The notes under the pieces were generated by a model. The model had not been told where the DNA came from. It saw only the letters and a list, made by a program, of their open reading frames with translations, and searched no databases. Shown piece after piece: positions 49,911-64,000 of a DNA stretch of 64,000 bases. The position numbers and the translations under genes were made by a program. Position 1 is the first letter of the stretch. Each line of letters starts with the position of its first letter. This DNA is from Bugula neritina (taxonomy: Eukaryota > Animalia > Bryozoa), in NCBI GenBank assembly GCA_964035545.1, contig OZ037766.1, positions 2,108,001-2,172,000 on the forward strand, written 5' to 3'.

Positions 49911-51809
49911 CTGCTTCATATACAAATGATCTAATTTATTAGTAGCAGTTTGAGCTGTGTAATAATTGTTGCATGAGAAGTTATCTCCTTTTTATTAAAC
50001 TTGACAAGCTCAAACCACAAACCAAAGATTAAAAAGCAATGGTGATTTTCGGAAATAGTATCTTTGACCTAACATCTTGAATAAAGGCGTTGAATATATG
50101 CGAGACCATTTAGGCGGTGTGTTTGAATGATATAAATACTTTCAATACTAAACGCCTACTACTATCTATATTATATGATGGGTCATTTTCTGGTTTTGGT
50201 TAAAACTGCAAATTTAACTTTATTTGATAGGAATATCCACTTTTTTGTTGTATAGTAACCTTCAAGTAGTTTTATAATAATTAAATGTTTTTATAATATT
50301 ATGATTATTTCGATTTATTGATGCAATGTCTTATAAACATACAAATGAACTGCTGATGAAAGCTATATAAAGGAATTTGAAAGTTACATAATCAACAAAT
50401 TAATAAAAAAGGTTTAAAACAACTTAGAATCTCATTGCCTATTATGCATATATTTTGAAATTTTTATGAAAAAACTGAAAAAAATTTGGCTATTAGGTAC
50501 AAAGGTGTAGGTTTTTGCTTTGCTGGAATTTATAACTTTTTAGCAGTTAGGGCTGGTGCACTACTGCATCATTGTGCAGACAACTTTTCATGATTCAATT
50601 ATATGCGAGAACTAGCACTATTAAAAGCACATGCAACTCTGCACCTATCTCAATCTGTATTTGTGGGAAAATTTTTCTCATTAAAACCCATCACTATGTG
50701 TGGTGTAAATATCTTAGTTTCCATTTTGGGTATTTATTGCTGATATGCAGTAAATATGACACAAAAATACTGGTATTTCATAAGTGTATGCTGGGTGCAT
50801 GAGAAATAATACACTATTTGTTTCCTCTAGTATCTAAACATTTCTCTGCTCATCATAGATTGATGTCATGAACGTTATGTAACATCATGTCAGCGTGTCA
50901 ACATGTCCGCACGTTATTATATGTTTTCTCTAAATCAAGATTATTTTGGTGTACAACTTGTTGCGAAGTGTTTTTTCTAATTACTAGTTGTTTCATTTCC
51001 TTTTTAGAAATCATGAAAAGTTTCAACCCAAACTTATTAGTGGTGTTTGTGTTACTTTGAGCTGTTAATACATAGACTGGAGTCGTCACCTCTTTTATGC
51101 TCTCGTTTGTATTGAGCACATCTACTACGTGTGAGTATTTTATATTCTAAGTATAGTCATTGTAGATGGTTTTGATTATGTACACTATACAACAGCAAGA
51201 TATGAATAGAAATTTCTTGTCTACACGACATCTGACAAACCTAAATACAATAAAATTTCAAAACTATGAAAGTGACAGTTTATAGAAAAACATTTTGGCA
51301 AAAAATTTAGATCTACCAATATTTTTATGGTGTGAAACATTTGCTATGTAAAGATTAGATAAAATACAGTTTTTTCCTTTCGTAGTAACCCATGATAATA
51401 ATATTGTAGTGCTGGATTACTATGAACTGTGTTTCATTAGAACATTAATTTTTAGCAATAGACTAATCACACTATGTGGTAATTTCAAATCAATTGCATT
51501 TTTTCTTATACCAAATCAATTGCATATATTATGTTAATTGCATAATGTAACTATGTTGCTGGAATTTGAACAATGCAATAATCACATTATTGTTGTGTAT
51601 GTAACATTGAATAGCATTTTTACTCTCAGATTTACACTTGTGGCACAAATAAATATTTTCAAAATTCAAGTGCAATTTGAGGAGCATAGAACATGCTATG
51701 AAGTTGTTTATTCAGAGTGCAAGTTGAACAATATGACTGAGTAATTTGTAAATAGGGAATACTAAACCCCATCATTCACAGAGTTCATGTAGGTTACTGC
51801 AATCACAGC

Positions 51810-52135
51810 TTTTACTTACTTTAGTAGGACTCTACATACTTATTTACACTTACTTTATATACTATCCAGTGTCTATACTGCACATTCTATACTACACTAT
51901 ACTTACAATACGTATGTACTTACTATACTTTACTTGCTATGCTATACTTACTATATATTATACATACTACGCTATATTTACTAAACCGTTATACTTAATT
52001 CACTTACTAAATCATACTACACTTACTATATTATACTACACTTACTATACATACTAGACTTACTATACATACTACACTTACTAATACTATAGTACACTAT
52101 GTTTTCTGTACTCATACTTACTATGCATACTATGT
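51810..52135. repeat. Low-complexity (tact/tacac) repeat
   Basis: Degenerate cttactatac/atactacac units. Confidence 0.8.
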
Positions 52136-53092
52136 AAATGTAATAGCTTAAGATGCTCATAATTCATCCTTTCGTTTAATTAACTGCACATATGCAAAAA
52201 AAAATTATTTTACTTCATGTACGTATGAATATAATATAATGATTCTTTTGTGTTTTCAGTTGACTTTATTGCAAGAAACCCAGAGCTGCAGTCAGCATTT
52301 AGTCGAGACTCTCTCCCAAGTTATACAGCTTTTTCAATCTGAATATGTTGCACTGAGGCTAAATGATATTATGAATCGCAGTTTGTTGTTGGGATATAAT
52401 TTTATTTTATAATTTATGAAAAAAACAGCATAGTAGACAGTAAGAATTTTATAATAGAAGCTAGTATTGCTGTAGACAGTAATTATTGCATAATGCACTG
52501 CATAGACAAAATAAATGTACAAGTAACCTGAAGTATGGATTGCTGTTTATTACACAATTATCGTAGAAAAAAATGTGGAAAATGAGGGAATTTTACAAAA
52601 TACTTCTATTTAACTTTTCCTTCAGTTAGAATAATTTTGAATAGACTGTTTTTGATTCCTGCACAAAATTTAGGACTGATACCAGTAATATCTGCTCTGC
52701 TCCATTACGTAATAGTCTGGTGTTAGAGCTTTATATAGAGCATGAATATAGACACCGAAGATTTATAAATTGAACTCAATTAAAAAAAGATTATCAAATT
52801 TGTTGAGAGCAATGTAGTAGAAGACTTTGGTAGTTTCAAAATTAGAGAGGATAACTGATAAAATGGAAGTAAATTAATAGACCATAGAAAGTATCATGAG
52901 CAAATAATTTCAAAAGAATGATTAATTTCACATAAATGTTGTGCTCCCACTTGCCTGAGGGAAAATTCATCTACAGCTAGAATACGTCCCGCAATGGCTA
53001 ATAAATAGAACTAATACTATGTACATGTTAGAAATGTGCATCTAAAGGTTAGTATTATGAGATTACAATTATAGACTTCATTGATTACTCAG

Positions 53093-56000
53093 CTAATAGC
53101 TGTACTTCTTTCTTACAAACTTCCTACTTCTTGAGATTTGATGGGTCAATGCAGATGAGAATATAACTCCAAATATCTACAAATCAATATATTTAGCCAA
53201 CACAAAGCCTCATCACCTTTACAGGTGGCAGCTAATATTTTCTTGTAAATATATGTATTAGCATAACAATCTTTCCATCTAGTGATATTTTTATTAGGCA
53301 AACTAAATTTGCACACCAAAACTTTAGAGAAATGCAATTTCTATTAAACGACCAATATTTTTATTCAAAATATCAAGATTTTACACATCTGTGCAAATCT
53401 GATATATACAGTAGCTCTGTAGTGGACACTAACATATACACACCTGTATTACCATACACACCTGTATTACGCTGAAACCAAGAGAAAGTGCTGGAACTAA
53501 CACCATGTTCAGCCTTAGACCCTTTTCAATAACGAAGGCACAGCCCTACCATAAGACATGTAACATATTAGTATCAGGTAACATGCATTCAGTCACCAGA
53601 CTATTGCACAACGTTTATGTTATGTTCTGTAGCCAATCACAAATCATGCAATTATTTGAGAGTGTTGATTTCCTTTGAGTGAAATAGACGTAATATTTTC
53701 TTAAAGTAGCAATTTTTGGAATATCACTAAGAATTTGATTGAAGAAATAATTACATTCACTACATTGTGTGGCACAACTATATCTATAAAGAGAGAACAG
53801 AGAACTGAGTGTAAAGATATAGCATAACGTGACACCTTTGTATATATATTGGAAGGATGCTCTATTTTCCCACATCCACTGACCCTCGATATACAACAGC
53901 TATCTGGTGTGGTCGTATTGAGAGACTTTATTACGGAGTTGTTCTTCCAATCTTTGTATGACGCTGAGCCACAACACTTGTACTGTAAAAGCAGACGAAC
54001 AATATAATAAGACTGTTCCATGATATTCACTACATGAGTCATATACCGGCAGACATTATCATATGACATCCTCATTGCATCTATTTTAGCATCACTACTG
54101 CACAGCATTGCGTCATGACAGTGCGTCACAGCATTGTGCTCTAGGACTATATCACAGTCATGACACTATGTCACATCACAATGCTACTAAATAAAAGCTG
54201 TACACGTGATGTAAAATTTAATAAAAATTAGAAGTGTCCTCTAAAAAATATTGATTCATTTTGATTGAACTAGAATTTTCAATTTAATAACCAAGTTCTA
54301 ATAAAATAGCGCAAACTCTTGAAATTGTTGACCAACAGATGCTGGTTTAAATTGAAACTTTGTAAAAACAAGATTGCTTATTCCGAGTTTGTATATTAAT
54401 ACACAGCACTAATTTATCCATAACAAAGATCTAGTAAGCTTGTTTGTTGAACCGCAGGTTTAACCCAAATTAGCTTCTCTACCATTTTATTTCAATGACC
54501 CAAACTGCAGTTTACCAGTTTACTCTCTCAGCAAAATATCATAGAAAATAAAAAATGAAAAAACTCATTAGTACACAAACAGCAGAAACATGATTTTATC
54601 ATTAAAATGAGATAGAAAAAATGAAAGAACCACATTGTGTAAAGTATCAAGATATAAACAAGCTCAGTGTAATATCCACACAGCAAGTGGAGGCCAAACA
54701 AAGCATGCATAGAAATCTTCAACAAACACCAGCTGTCTTATCTATATGACCATCTGACAGGAAGCACTTGCGAGCACTTGCCTTCATTTGCACATTATCT
54801 ATGGCATTAGTTGTAGAGTCTTGTTTCCCCCATTCCTTTATGGTCACTTCAGATATGTATTTGGGGAAAGTGGCATTGTCAACTTGAACATATGTTATGT
54901 ATGACATCATGCCAATAGATAACTCCATCATAAATATCACCACCAGTAGCACAATGAACTATGAAATAGTAAAACATAATATGTATAGTTCCACTAGTTA
55001 CATAAGAAGTGTTCATGGACATCAAAAACTTGTGAAATAGCAAACTGTAATCAATGATAACGCTGGTTTCATTGTCAAAACTCTCCAATTTTCTAAACTT
55101 TGGATAATCCATCAGACTTAATTGTGCAAAAACAGAAAAATTGGTCATAACGTGGTAGAAAAAACTACCCATAACCACAAGCAGGTAACAAGCTAAATAT
55201 AGATTCAACACTCATAGCCAATCCACTGCATGTAGTACTGGTGCTAAGACAGGCCACACTTGTATACACACAAGGAGAATAGCAGAGAGCTACTTACAGC
55301 TACCAAACTAGAGGGGCGTTCCTGCACCACCCCAGTACACCCCACAATGCTGGATATAAGAATAAGACCGCCAACAGCCACTGTACTGTACACTGATATA
55401 GAGTAGAGCGGTGACATTAGCAAGGTCAAATCCCACTTCTCCAACAACGTCCACATTCCGAAACCAACCAGTGTCATCCCTGTCAGCTAACAAATATTCA
55501 GAATAGGATGTGTTTAACACCAACACATACTTTCATTGTCTGCATATTTGGCGTGTCTGGAATAATTTCTATACTTGAAACCCTGTCATTCCAGCTAGTT
55601 GGAAACACTAGCTGGCACAGCATGGTGTTGAGGGGAGAAGATGGTGATATATTAGGTAATGTAAACCCAGAAGAATTCAGAGTAGAGTATATTAAACATG
55701 ATAGTCATCAACTGTACAGTCAACCCCAGAGTTTAGCTTGGCAGAAAATTCAACAAGAAAAATAAAACTAACCAAGTTTTGAGCAGGGAAGCCAGTTTAG
55801 TATGGTAACAGTTGTTGTCAAGATAGTGTTTTATACAGCTTTTATGACCAATTGATGCTAACAACTCATTCAAATGTGTTTCAATGCTTGCAGTGACAGT
55901 GGAATGACATTTAAAGAGAAACTTCTGCATACAGACTAATTGTAGGTACACTAGTTGGCTGTACATACGGCCTGACGTTAAAACTCAAAGATACATAATA

Positions 56001-56466
56001 AATATAATAGTAGGTTTGCCTTGAAACTTTCAAAATCAATTCATGAACGGAAAGTTTATAATTATTTTGTGTGACAACAACCAGACAAATTAATTATAAC
56101 GCATTTCATTCACTATTTTAAAGTTAAAATCTTATGAGTCATAATTCACAACCAAACTAAAGTGCTACAGCTAAGCTATGAGTTATGTATCTCTATTCTA
56201 ACCAAGGTCATACATGCAGATTTATGTTCAAAAACATTGTTTTTTACATGTAATCCTTTAATAGCAAAAAATACTTCCTAGCAACTACAGGTTGCCATGG
56301 AAACAGCAATAGGTGTATAAGACATTACTATATACTAAATTATTAACAACTTCCGGCTTACCAAAAAGACTGTGTTGAAGCTGAAAACAGCATATCTAAG
56401 AAATATTTTGGTACATAATTCACTGGGTCTCTTGGCTGGAGGGTAATGGAGCACCTGTTGTGGCAT
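53093..56466 (-). CDS. Tetraspanin, CD151/TSPAN11-like (6-Cys EC2, ~261 aa)
   Basis: Exons 56466-56362 (…FLRYAVFSFNTVFL), 55486-55298, 54958-54782 (GC donor), 53982-53836 (YKCCGS.SY.DW...PDSCC...GCG..HPSNIY, the CD151/TSPAN11-type motif), 53545-53462, 53176-53093 (IFGVIFSSAL...KKYSY*). The acceptor at ~56537 implies an upstream non-coding exon, possibly with its donor near 60636. Confidence 0.88.
56291..56304. promoter_or_regulatory. RFX X-box consensus match GTTGCCATGGAAAC in the first coding intron of the CD151-like tetraspanin
   Basis: Exact match to the GTHNYYATRRNAAC X-box consensus. Confidence 0.45.
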
Positions 56467-59400
56467 GTCTTCTTGATTAGGACACCTGCTGGTGTGTGTC
56501 ACAGGCACAGGATGTGAGTGTCAATCAGGGTGTCTGCTGCAAGCAGTAGAAAGACACATAAAACCTAGGAGGAAGTGATCAACATGCTATAAGAAAAACA
56601 ATTGTATTTTTACCGTATCTACTGCTATTTATAACACACTTTTTAAAAAATAAAATGAGGCTGACTGTGGTAGCTATCCTTTACCAGACCAATGATTTCT
56701 AAAATATTACGTACACTTTATAAAGAATGTGAGATTTGCTCAACAACAAAATCTATTTTAAAATCTGTCTTAGTAAAGAAAAAGAATACCAGTAGTTGAT
56801 TGACTAATGAGATATACTTTAGGCTATTTAAAGAAACTTCTCAAATTCAACAGTTTTTACATTCTGCTGCAGTCAGTGTTTATAGATTTATGCTAAAAAT
56901 AAGTCACAGCATTTTCTTGGGTAGATTTGCTATGAGAAAATTATGGGAGTTCATTTGTTCATGTTTGTTATCAACTTGATCAACTTCAACAACGTCATTA
57001 CAAGAAACATTATGTTACACTCCAGTGTAGATAAAATCAAGTACTGCGTGATATACACTCTTACGGCAATAAGCAAGGTAGCTAATAGGTAGACTACTGG
57101 CACATACGTGTATGTGAAATCATTTACTATAGAAATAGACTGTTGCTATATATTGTTAAAACAAAGCAAATTAAAGTAAAACTTACAAGAAAAAATTTGA
57201 GACCAAATAAAATGAAATAAATAAATGTTATACTAAAATCATCAATTTAAAAAAGTCTTCTGCAATGATTTAGTTAAACTAATTAACAGATTCATCTACA
57301 AAGTTCTATCTGAAAGGTTAAAAGTTAGAACTGCTATAGTAATGGCTGCTATGAGTGAAGAAAATTGTGCTTCATTACAGGGTTTGGCAGCTGAAGAAAA
57401 AAGGTAGTAATCTTAGAGCATACAATAAGTCTTTGATAGAACGTTGGTCCAAACAAAAAACATGATCACTAGTGTTTCGTAATCAATGCACAATTTATTC
57501 ACTCAGTTCAACTTGGAGTCAACTAGATTAGCCCTACTGGCTCCTCAGTAAATTAGAGTAAAGAATGATGCTGGAGAAATCCATTCATTGTGTTAATACT
57601 TGAGGTTTACCTAATGTCACTCATTGAATTGCCTTATTTGAGTTTATCAATTAACACCTTTTTGAAACAATCAGTGGTTTTCCAATTTAATAATTGTCAT
57701 TAGCAGCATTTGTTACTTCAACAATGGCCCTCATACACGTGAAGTTGGCATAACTTGTAGACAAAACAAAGAGCAGACAATGTAACATTGTAGATAGGCA
57801 AACATAATGTGGCCAAACTGCATTATTATTCAAACACGCAGCAAACAAGCTCTATTGGTGTAAATGTAAAAGCCGTATGCTAATATTAATGTGTATGGCT
57901 GTCTTTTTATAAGCCAAGTATTTATTTGCTAATATTTTATTATCTTTTTACAAAGAGGTATGCAAATATCTATTGTCAGTGATAATATTTCATAAGCAGT
58001 AACAAGAGCCTAACACAAACAATCCTAACCACAGTTGTGATGGTTGAGTATTGTATGTACAGCTAAACTGTGTATTTTGATGATTCTAAACCAAGTAATA
58101 CCACTCAACCCTTCTCCACTACTCTTAACTGAATTTATAGACATCTTGCATGCATATTAACAACTTCTTGATGTGCTATTTATTTTATTTAGGGTTTCAA
58201 GCTTAAATGTGACATTTAAACTAGACTTGAACAAAATTTAATGATTGATCTGCAGCTCAAAATCTCAGTATTACAATTGATGTCAGTAAGGGTGGGTGTG
58301 AGCCTGAGACTAATTTAATTGTATCATTTTCTTATTTGGTTCACAACAATGCTCTTTGTTGCTATAAGCATAACGTTGGCTGCAATTAATTATAACTTAA
58401 AAACATGTCTTTATAAGTTTTCAATAGTAAACCAGAAAGCTCTTCACAACTAAGTGGTTGACAACAATATTATAATAGGGTGGTTATTGTTACTGATGCA
58501 ACAATAGAGAATTTATTGTCTGTTATTAGCTAAGTTTTAAACCCTCCCCTTATACTCATAGGTTAAAATTTTATATCTTTATATAAAATAACAAAAAACT
58601 CAAATGGTCTATCTGTTTAAAAGAGCAAGTTCCTGTAGCCTATTAGTCTAATGATCCATTAATACATTAGTGAAGTAATTAGTACATAAAATTCCGGTGA
58701 TTTTAACACTTAATCCACAAATGTTTACAGTCAAGTATTTTATCTCCAAAACCAAATTACAGTTAGCCACAAAATGAAATCGTTATGTAGGTGGGCAGTT
58801 ACTGATTATGAAAAATATTTATATCAGCTTAAAAAACCATGAAACATTATCTGACGCAACATCATTAGTGAATAATGATGATAACATAAGTATGCTTTAA
58901 ACTTTAACATTGATTAGGATTTCAATATTATTAAACATATTGTTGCTGAGTTGAACTACTAACACCAACATAGATATCTGCCTTGTTGAAACAAAGCTGA
59001 TCTCCTAATGTCGTCATAAAATTCTTTCCAGACGCAAATCCTACCACTTGAAAAATTCATGTCTCATGTTAAATAATGCAGGAGTCAAAATAATACGAAT
59101 TGAAAAACTAAATAAAACTGAGTAAAATGTAAATTATCTAACTATTAATTATAGAATATGTGGAAATGGTGCCCAAAAGATCTTTTGTAAAAAAGAGTTT
59201 GAATTTTGCTATCGAAAATATCCATTAGAAACTCTCTGTAGCTATAAGCACAGAAATAAGTGAATGTGTAACTTGCATTTCAAATAGACAATAGTAGAAT
59301 TGACGAGAAAAGATGACAGTTCAAAAGCTGTGGGAAATTACAAATATTAACATCTATTTTACAGTAATTTAAAAGAGCCAGTTAAATTATTATAAACTAC

Positions 59401-61559
59401 TGCTTTAAATTGGATTCACCTTTAAATTTACAACAAGGATTATTGGCCTAAAGTTAAACAAATGATAATATTAATAAGTCAATCTTAATGGTAAAACATC
59501 AACATTACTGCTTACTGACATTTACTATGGTTAATAAACTCAGCAATGGCAATGAAGTTTGAGAACTAAATTAGTGTAAACAAATACCACCATTACAATT
59601 TTAATTTCATTTAATAATTTCATCACCTACGACAAGTATCTAAATTACTAACAACATTAGAACTATAGCAAATAAACTTATCAGTAAGCTAACTAGTAGG
59701 AGTAGAAACAAGAATGAGAAAAAATATAAAAATTCAGGTTGTTTATCCCTAAGTGGTAGTTAAAGTGAGCAACTATCTGTGATATCACATGATATTATAA
59801 GTGGATGAATAACTAATAGTAATAGCAACTACAAACGTTTTAAAATGACAGCCACTGTAAATGAGTATAAGTTTAGGATTAAGTCTCACAGAATATTGAA
59901 ACTAGTTTTATTAGCAATCATAAATGTGACTGCAGTTGTCCCAAATACTTTGACATTATTTTCAAAGTTAGACATGCAGTTGTGCCTAGCCTACAAGTAC
60001 AACTGCATGTAGTGAATAGTGTGCCGATTAAATAATAGTACAAGTAAAATATCAATAACTATAAGATTAGGTGTAAATAAGTCTAATGCCTATTGTCATT
60101 ATTATTAGCATCACTCAAACAACTTTTACTCTACAACTTACGATTATTATATAAACAAAAAAGCTTAGCATAAGAATAGCTAACCTAGTAAACTAAAACA
60201 GTGTTAGAGAGCAAATTACTGTTACTTGCTGTGTTAGCAATATTCTCAGCACTTTGCTATAAGTATAACCACTAGCCAGTAATACTACAACTATAAATAT
60301 AACTTCTAAGCATAACTATTACTGTAACTATCAATATAATTATAAGTACAACTATCACTATGTTTATTCAGACTATTAGTATTACAGTTCTCAAGTTTAA
60401 CTTATTAACTTTAAGTTCAAACGCGTGATATCATGAGTTTACAAATTAAAATATAAAAATTTAATCAAAAAATTAATATTAATTATTTAATAACTACAAG
60501 TATTAGTAACATCAGCCGCCGGCAATATTATTATAAATTTTAATATTATAATTATTATAATTAATATTATTCGATACTGAAAGTGAAACCTTATAAAATA
60601 TTTAAATTCCCCTTGTAAAACAGTGATTAAACTTACAAATTGATTTAGTAATCAACTTGAAATTCAAATTAGCAACTGATGAGCTTTAGTTTGAGTTCCA
60701 CTTAGACTTAGTTTTCCATCTCTAGCTTCAGTGACGATGTAATGTAACAGACACAGTAACTCAAACACTCGGTCTCACTGAGTTTCAGTTAGAAATTCAA
60801 ATCGATCCGATGATAAATTCCTATGAATTTTTGGCAATGATTATCATTAAAAAAACACAAAGTTAATCAAGCAAAACCAACTCCAAACTATTATACCTTA
60901 AATTTGCTTTGCATTGTGACTGCAAATAAAGCTACTGTTGCTATCCCACCTTCAACACAAACTGTCACTGTGAGTGTTGACATGATATTTGATATGAAGG
61001 AAACAACAAAATTAATACAATCTACTCGCTGTTCAAAAGTAGCCGTATATTTTGAGAGGTTTGCATATTATGCGATACGAACGCAGAAAACCTCTCTACA
61101 CCAAAAAAACTCCTAGAACTACTACCAATTAAAAGAAAATTTACACCTTGACCTAGTAAAGTTTTTTTTTTATAAATACAGGAGAACTAAAAACGCTATC
61201 AACTCTCTCTATCTCTATGCCTCTATCAGCTTTGTACAAAAGAAATACAGCTATATTAGCTATGGTCATCTTTGTGCTTTGTAACTTCCGTTTTTACTGA
61301 AATATTTTTTAGTCGAAGTTAATTCGGTCAGCGATTGTGATAATTATAATAGTTATAGTTACTTGATACTTTGTCACTTATTTTAGGTTTTTTTGCCAGC
61401 AAGAAATAAGTGATCTGTTGTAAAATTAAATTGTAGTATTGAATAATATGTTTTGATTTTATCAACCCAAATTTAATGGAATCATAGAATGAGATGGACT
61501 TGGAGAACTTGAAGTTCAAGTTGAAGTTCTAAAAGTAAAACTAAAATTAATGTCGTTTT

Positions 61560-61960
61560 TATTTTGAATTCATGCTATCAATATCATTATGACTATTCAT
61601 CATCATTTTAATTATCATTATAATTATCATCATCGTTTTTAGTTCTTTTAAGTCCAAGTCTATGTTAGAGTTAAACTCGGCTTGAAGTCAAATTTTGTTT
61701 TAAACTTTAAGAAAAACTAAAAGTAAATACTAAATGATTTAGATAAAATTTATTAATTGTTATCATTATGACTATTGATTATGATACTCATAGTTATACT
61801 AAGTTTATTTCTATAGTTATACTTATAGTGATAGCCTATGGCTATAGTATAGGTATTAGGACTATTAGTATTAGGTATAACTGTAATAGTTAATACTAGT
61901 AATAATTACTAATAACTATAAGTAACAACTAATAAGTAATAAGTATAACAGTTTTAACAA
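61560..61960. repeat. AT-rich low-complexity tract upstream of the sphingosine kinase
   Basis: Degenerate (att/ata/agt) repeats. Confidence 0.65.
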
Positions 61961-62718
61961 GTTTTAATTTTCATTTTGGCTCAAGTAATAACTTTGTTAT
62001 TGCAGTGACATACTGATAGTGGCATTTAGTATCAGTATAAATATCACTATCAGTTTGCATTCTAGTAATTGAGAAGCCAGTGAGACTTGAAATAAACAAT
62101 CAGTTTTTTTAGCCATAATGATAATGTATTTACATTACAATTATTATGTTAATGGTATATTTTAATAAACTAAAGTTAAACTGCTCTATTAGTGTTTGCA
62201 CTGTCAAGATTATGATCATTTGTACTCATCAATCAATCTTAACTCAAGTTTTACTTATTCAAATTTTTTGTTAAACAGAATATGTAGACCAATTATAGTG
62301 TTTCTATGAAAGCTCACTTGTGTGTTTAAAGTTCCGTTTTTATGAAAAATCTCTGATGGTTAGTTAAGAACTTTATATCTTATTATGCTAGTAACATAGT
62401 TAGTTTCTGCTTGTATTACAGGAGTTATTGTAGCGAAATTTTTTTCCTGGTAAAATTCAAAGTCTTTGTGTAAAGCCCTCTAACTGTTGACCTTTGGCAA
62501 AAATATTCTCATTACTATAACTTGATTAAAATGTCTGGTATATGTATTATTACAAATTAGAGAATTAGTTATTAGTCATTGAACTTAAAACTTATCTGTT
62601 GCACAATATTTTTCAAAGAGCAATTAAAATATTGCAACAAATGTTATTGCAATTGTATTAACAATTTATTGTTGAATTAAGAAATAGAATTTTTTTCAGG
62701 ACCAGCTTTTACTCCAGT

Positions 62719-63930
62719 ATGGATATTCCTTCCCTATTGTCTGATCTTCTATTCACTCTTGGTCCAAAAAGCAAAGTTAAATTCAAATTAGAACTATTCG
62801 ATGAGCACCTCAAAATTTCAACAGATAGTGAAAGTGAGAAGAAAGCTAGAATTATTAAATATGCAGATATCATTGGGTTAAAGTTAAATGAGTCGATGAA
62901 CTCTCAAAATGGTGGGACCCCTCACTCAGCTCCAATAACTCAGCACCTTGTGATATACTCATACCCTCGCACTAAAAGTTTTCTAAGCTCAAAGCTGACG
63001 AGGAAACGACTCTGCACTGACTTGGGTCTAAACTGTTTGGACACGTCTGAGAACAACTTGAAAGTTCACAAATTACTACACGAGTTCATTCTGAAGAAGG
63101 TGCAAACTCATTCTTCAAATCAGGGTCAGTCAGCTTAATATAAACTTTAAAAGCAAATGGATATTAAACTCTCCATAAATAGAAATAGTAATTGACTTGG
63201 TTTTGATGTTACAAATAAATAAGTATCATTTTTTTATTTCGCCTGAGTCCGATCTTTTGTTTAGGAGGACAGTTTGTAAGGTTTGGGAAGCCTCTGTTGG
63301 TGTTGCTAAATCCCAGATCTGGCAAGGGTGAAGCTAAGAAACTGTTCCAAAACAAGATCAGACCCATGTTTGAGGAGGCTTCTGTTGAATTTGTGTGTTT
63401 AGAAACAGGTTTGGCTATTTAGACCTATTGTTTACATTTTTCTTAATGAAAAGAGGTTCATAGAATTAGCATCTCATTTTTAGCCTAATAATAATTATTA
63501 ATATGTGAAATATAAACAATACAGCTTGTTTTTTTAAATACTAAATTGATATATGCACCATATATTAGAATTGTTACTCTGTAACTAATTAGTGATGACT
63601 ATTATACTCTGGTTGTAGAAAGAGCTGGACACGGTGAAGAGATCGCTCTATCAACTGACCTCTCTCTCTACAGCGGTATAGTAATAGTCTCTGGAGATGG
63701 CCTTCTGTTTGAGGTTTGTTTACTGTTGCCGTCGGTTACTAGAACAGGTGCTGTAATGACCTTGATGTAGAAGATGTTGTTAATGTATAAACAAGCTATG
63801 GTTCTGTTTGTCAGGTGTACCAAGGCCTCATGGCCCGGCCAGATTCAGCCCAGGCTGTCCTCACTCCTGTTGGCATTCTACCCGCTGGGTCGGGTAATGC
63901 ACTTTGCTGTAGTATTTGCTACGCTGCCGG
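62719..63930 (+). CDS. SPHK: Sphingosine kinase (DAGKc superfamily), 5' part; runs off the window
   Basis: Exons 62719-63124 (N-terminal extension), 63265-63408 (LLVLLNPRSGKG, C1 motif), 63619-63713 (IVIVSGDGLLFE, C2 motif), 63815-63930 (GLMARPD...PVGILPAGSGNAL, C3 motif). Confidence 0.9.
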
Positions 63931-64000
63931 GTAAGGTCATACTGCTGCCTCGGCGTACGACAGCTGTTTTCAGACATGATAGTGCTGAAACAACTTGTCT

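Noticed and set aside
47500-53000. Additional gene between the zinc-finger gene and the CD151-like tetraspanin
   Set aside because: Only short ORFs with no recognisable domains or consistent exon chain; likely UTR or intergenic sequence.
56600-60600. Nested gene in the long region upstream of the CD151-like tetraspanin
   Set aside because: No ORF of 60 aa or more and no convincing exons; probably a long 5' UTR intron.

Overview
AT-rich (roughly 30-33% GC by eye), intron-containing metazoan genomic DNA from an invertebrate; the taxon cannot be determined from the sequence. I built the gene models by hand from splice sites and reading frames. In order: (1) a decayed, locally duplicated Zn-finger/RING locus (~1-5.5 kb, -), possibly TTC3/DZIP3-like; (2) a type-I transmembrane C-type lectin with a QPD motif, a Thr-rich mucin stalk and a YxNPxY tail (7428-14931, -); (3,4) two tandem 9-exon paralogues with the domain order low-complexity N-terminus - ARM-like helical repeats - TIR (TIR_2 type, predicted catalytic Glu retained) - linker - single SAM (17681-23843 and 25368-32316, +), i.e. 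the parts of SARM1 in a different order; (5) a 4-Cys tetraspanin (33631-39413, -); (6) a C2H2/matrin-type zinc-finger protein with an RS-rich region (41163-47414, +); (7) a CD151/TSPAN11-like tetraspanin (53093-56466, -); (8) the 5' part of a sphingosine kinase (62719 to window end, +). Also present are two tRNA-derived SINE copies with target-site duplications, a 5'-truncated LINE, a probable MITE, two inferred GC-AG introns, minisatellites that copy splice sites, and RFX X-box-like motifs. The best candidate for an undescribed system is the ARM-TIR-SAM pair, a putative SARM1-like NAD+-consuming immune module next to a lectin receptor.
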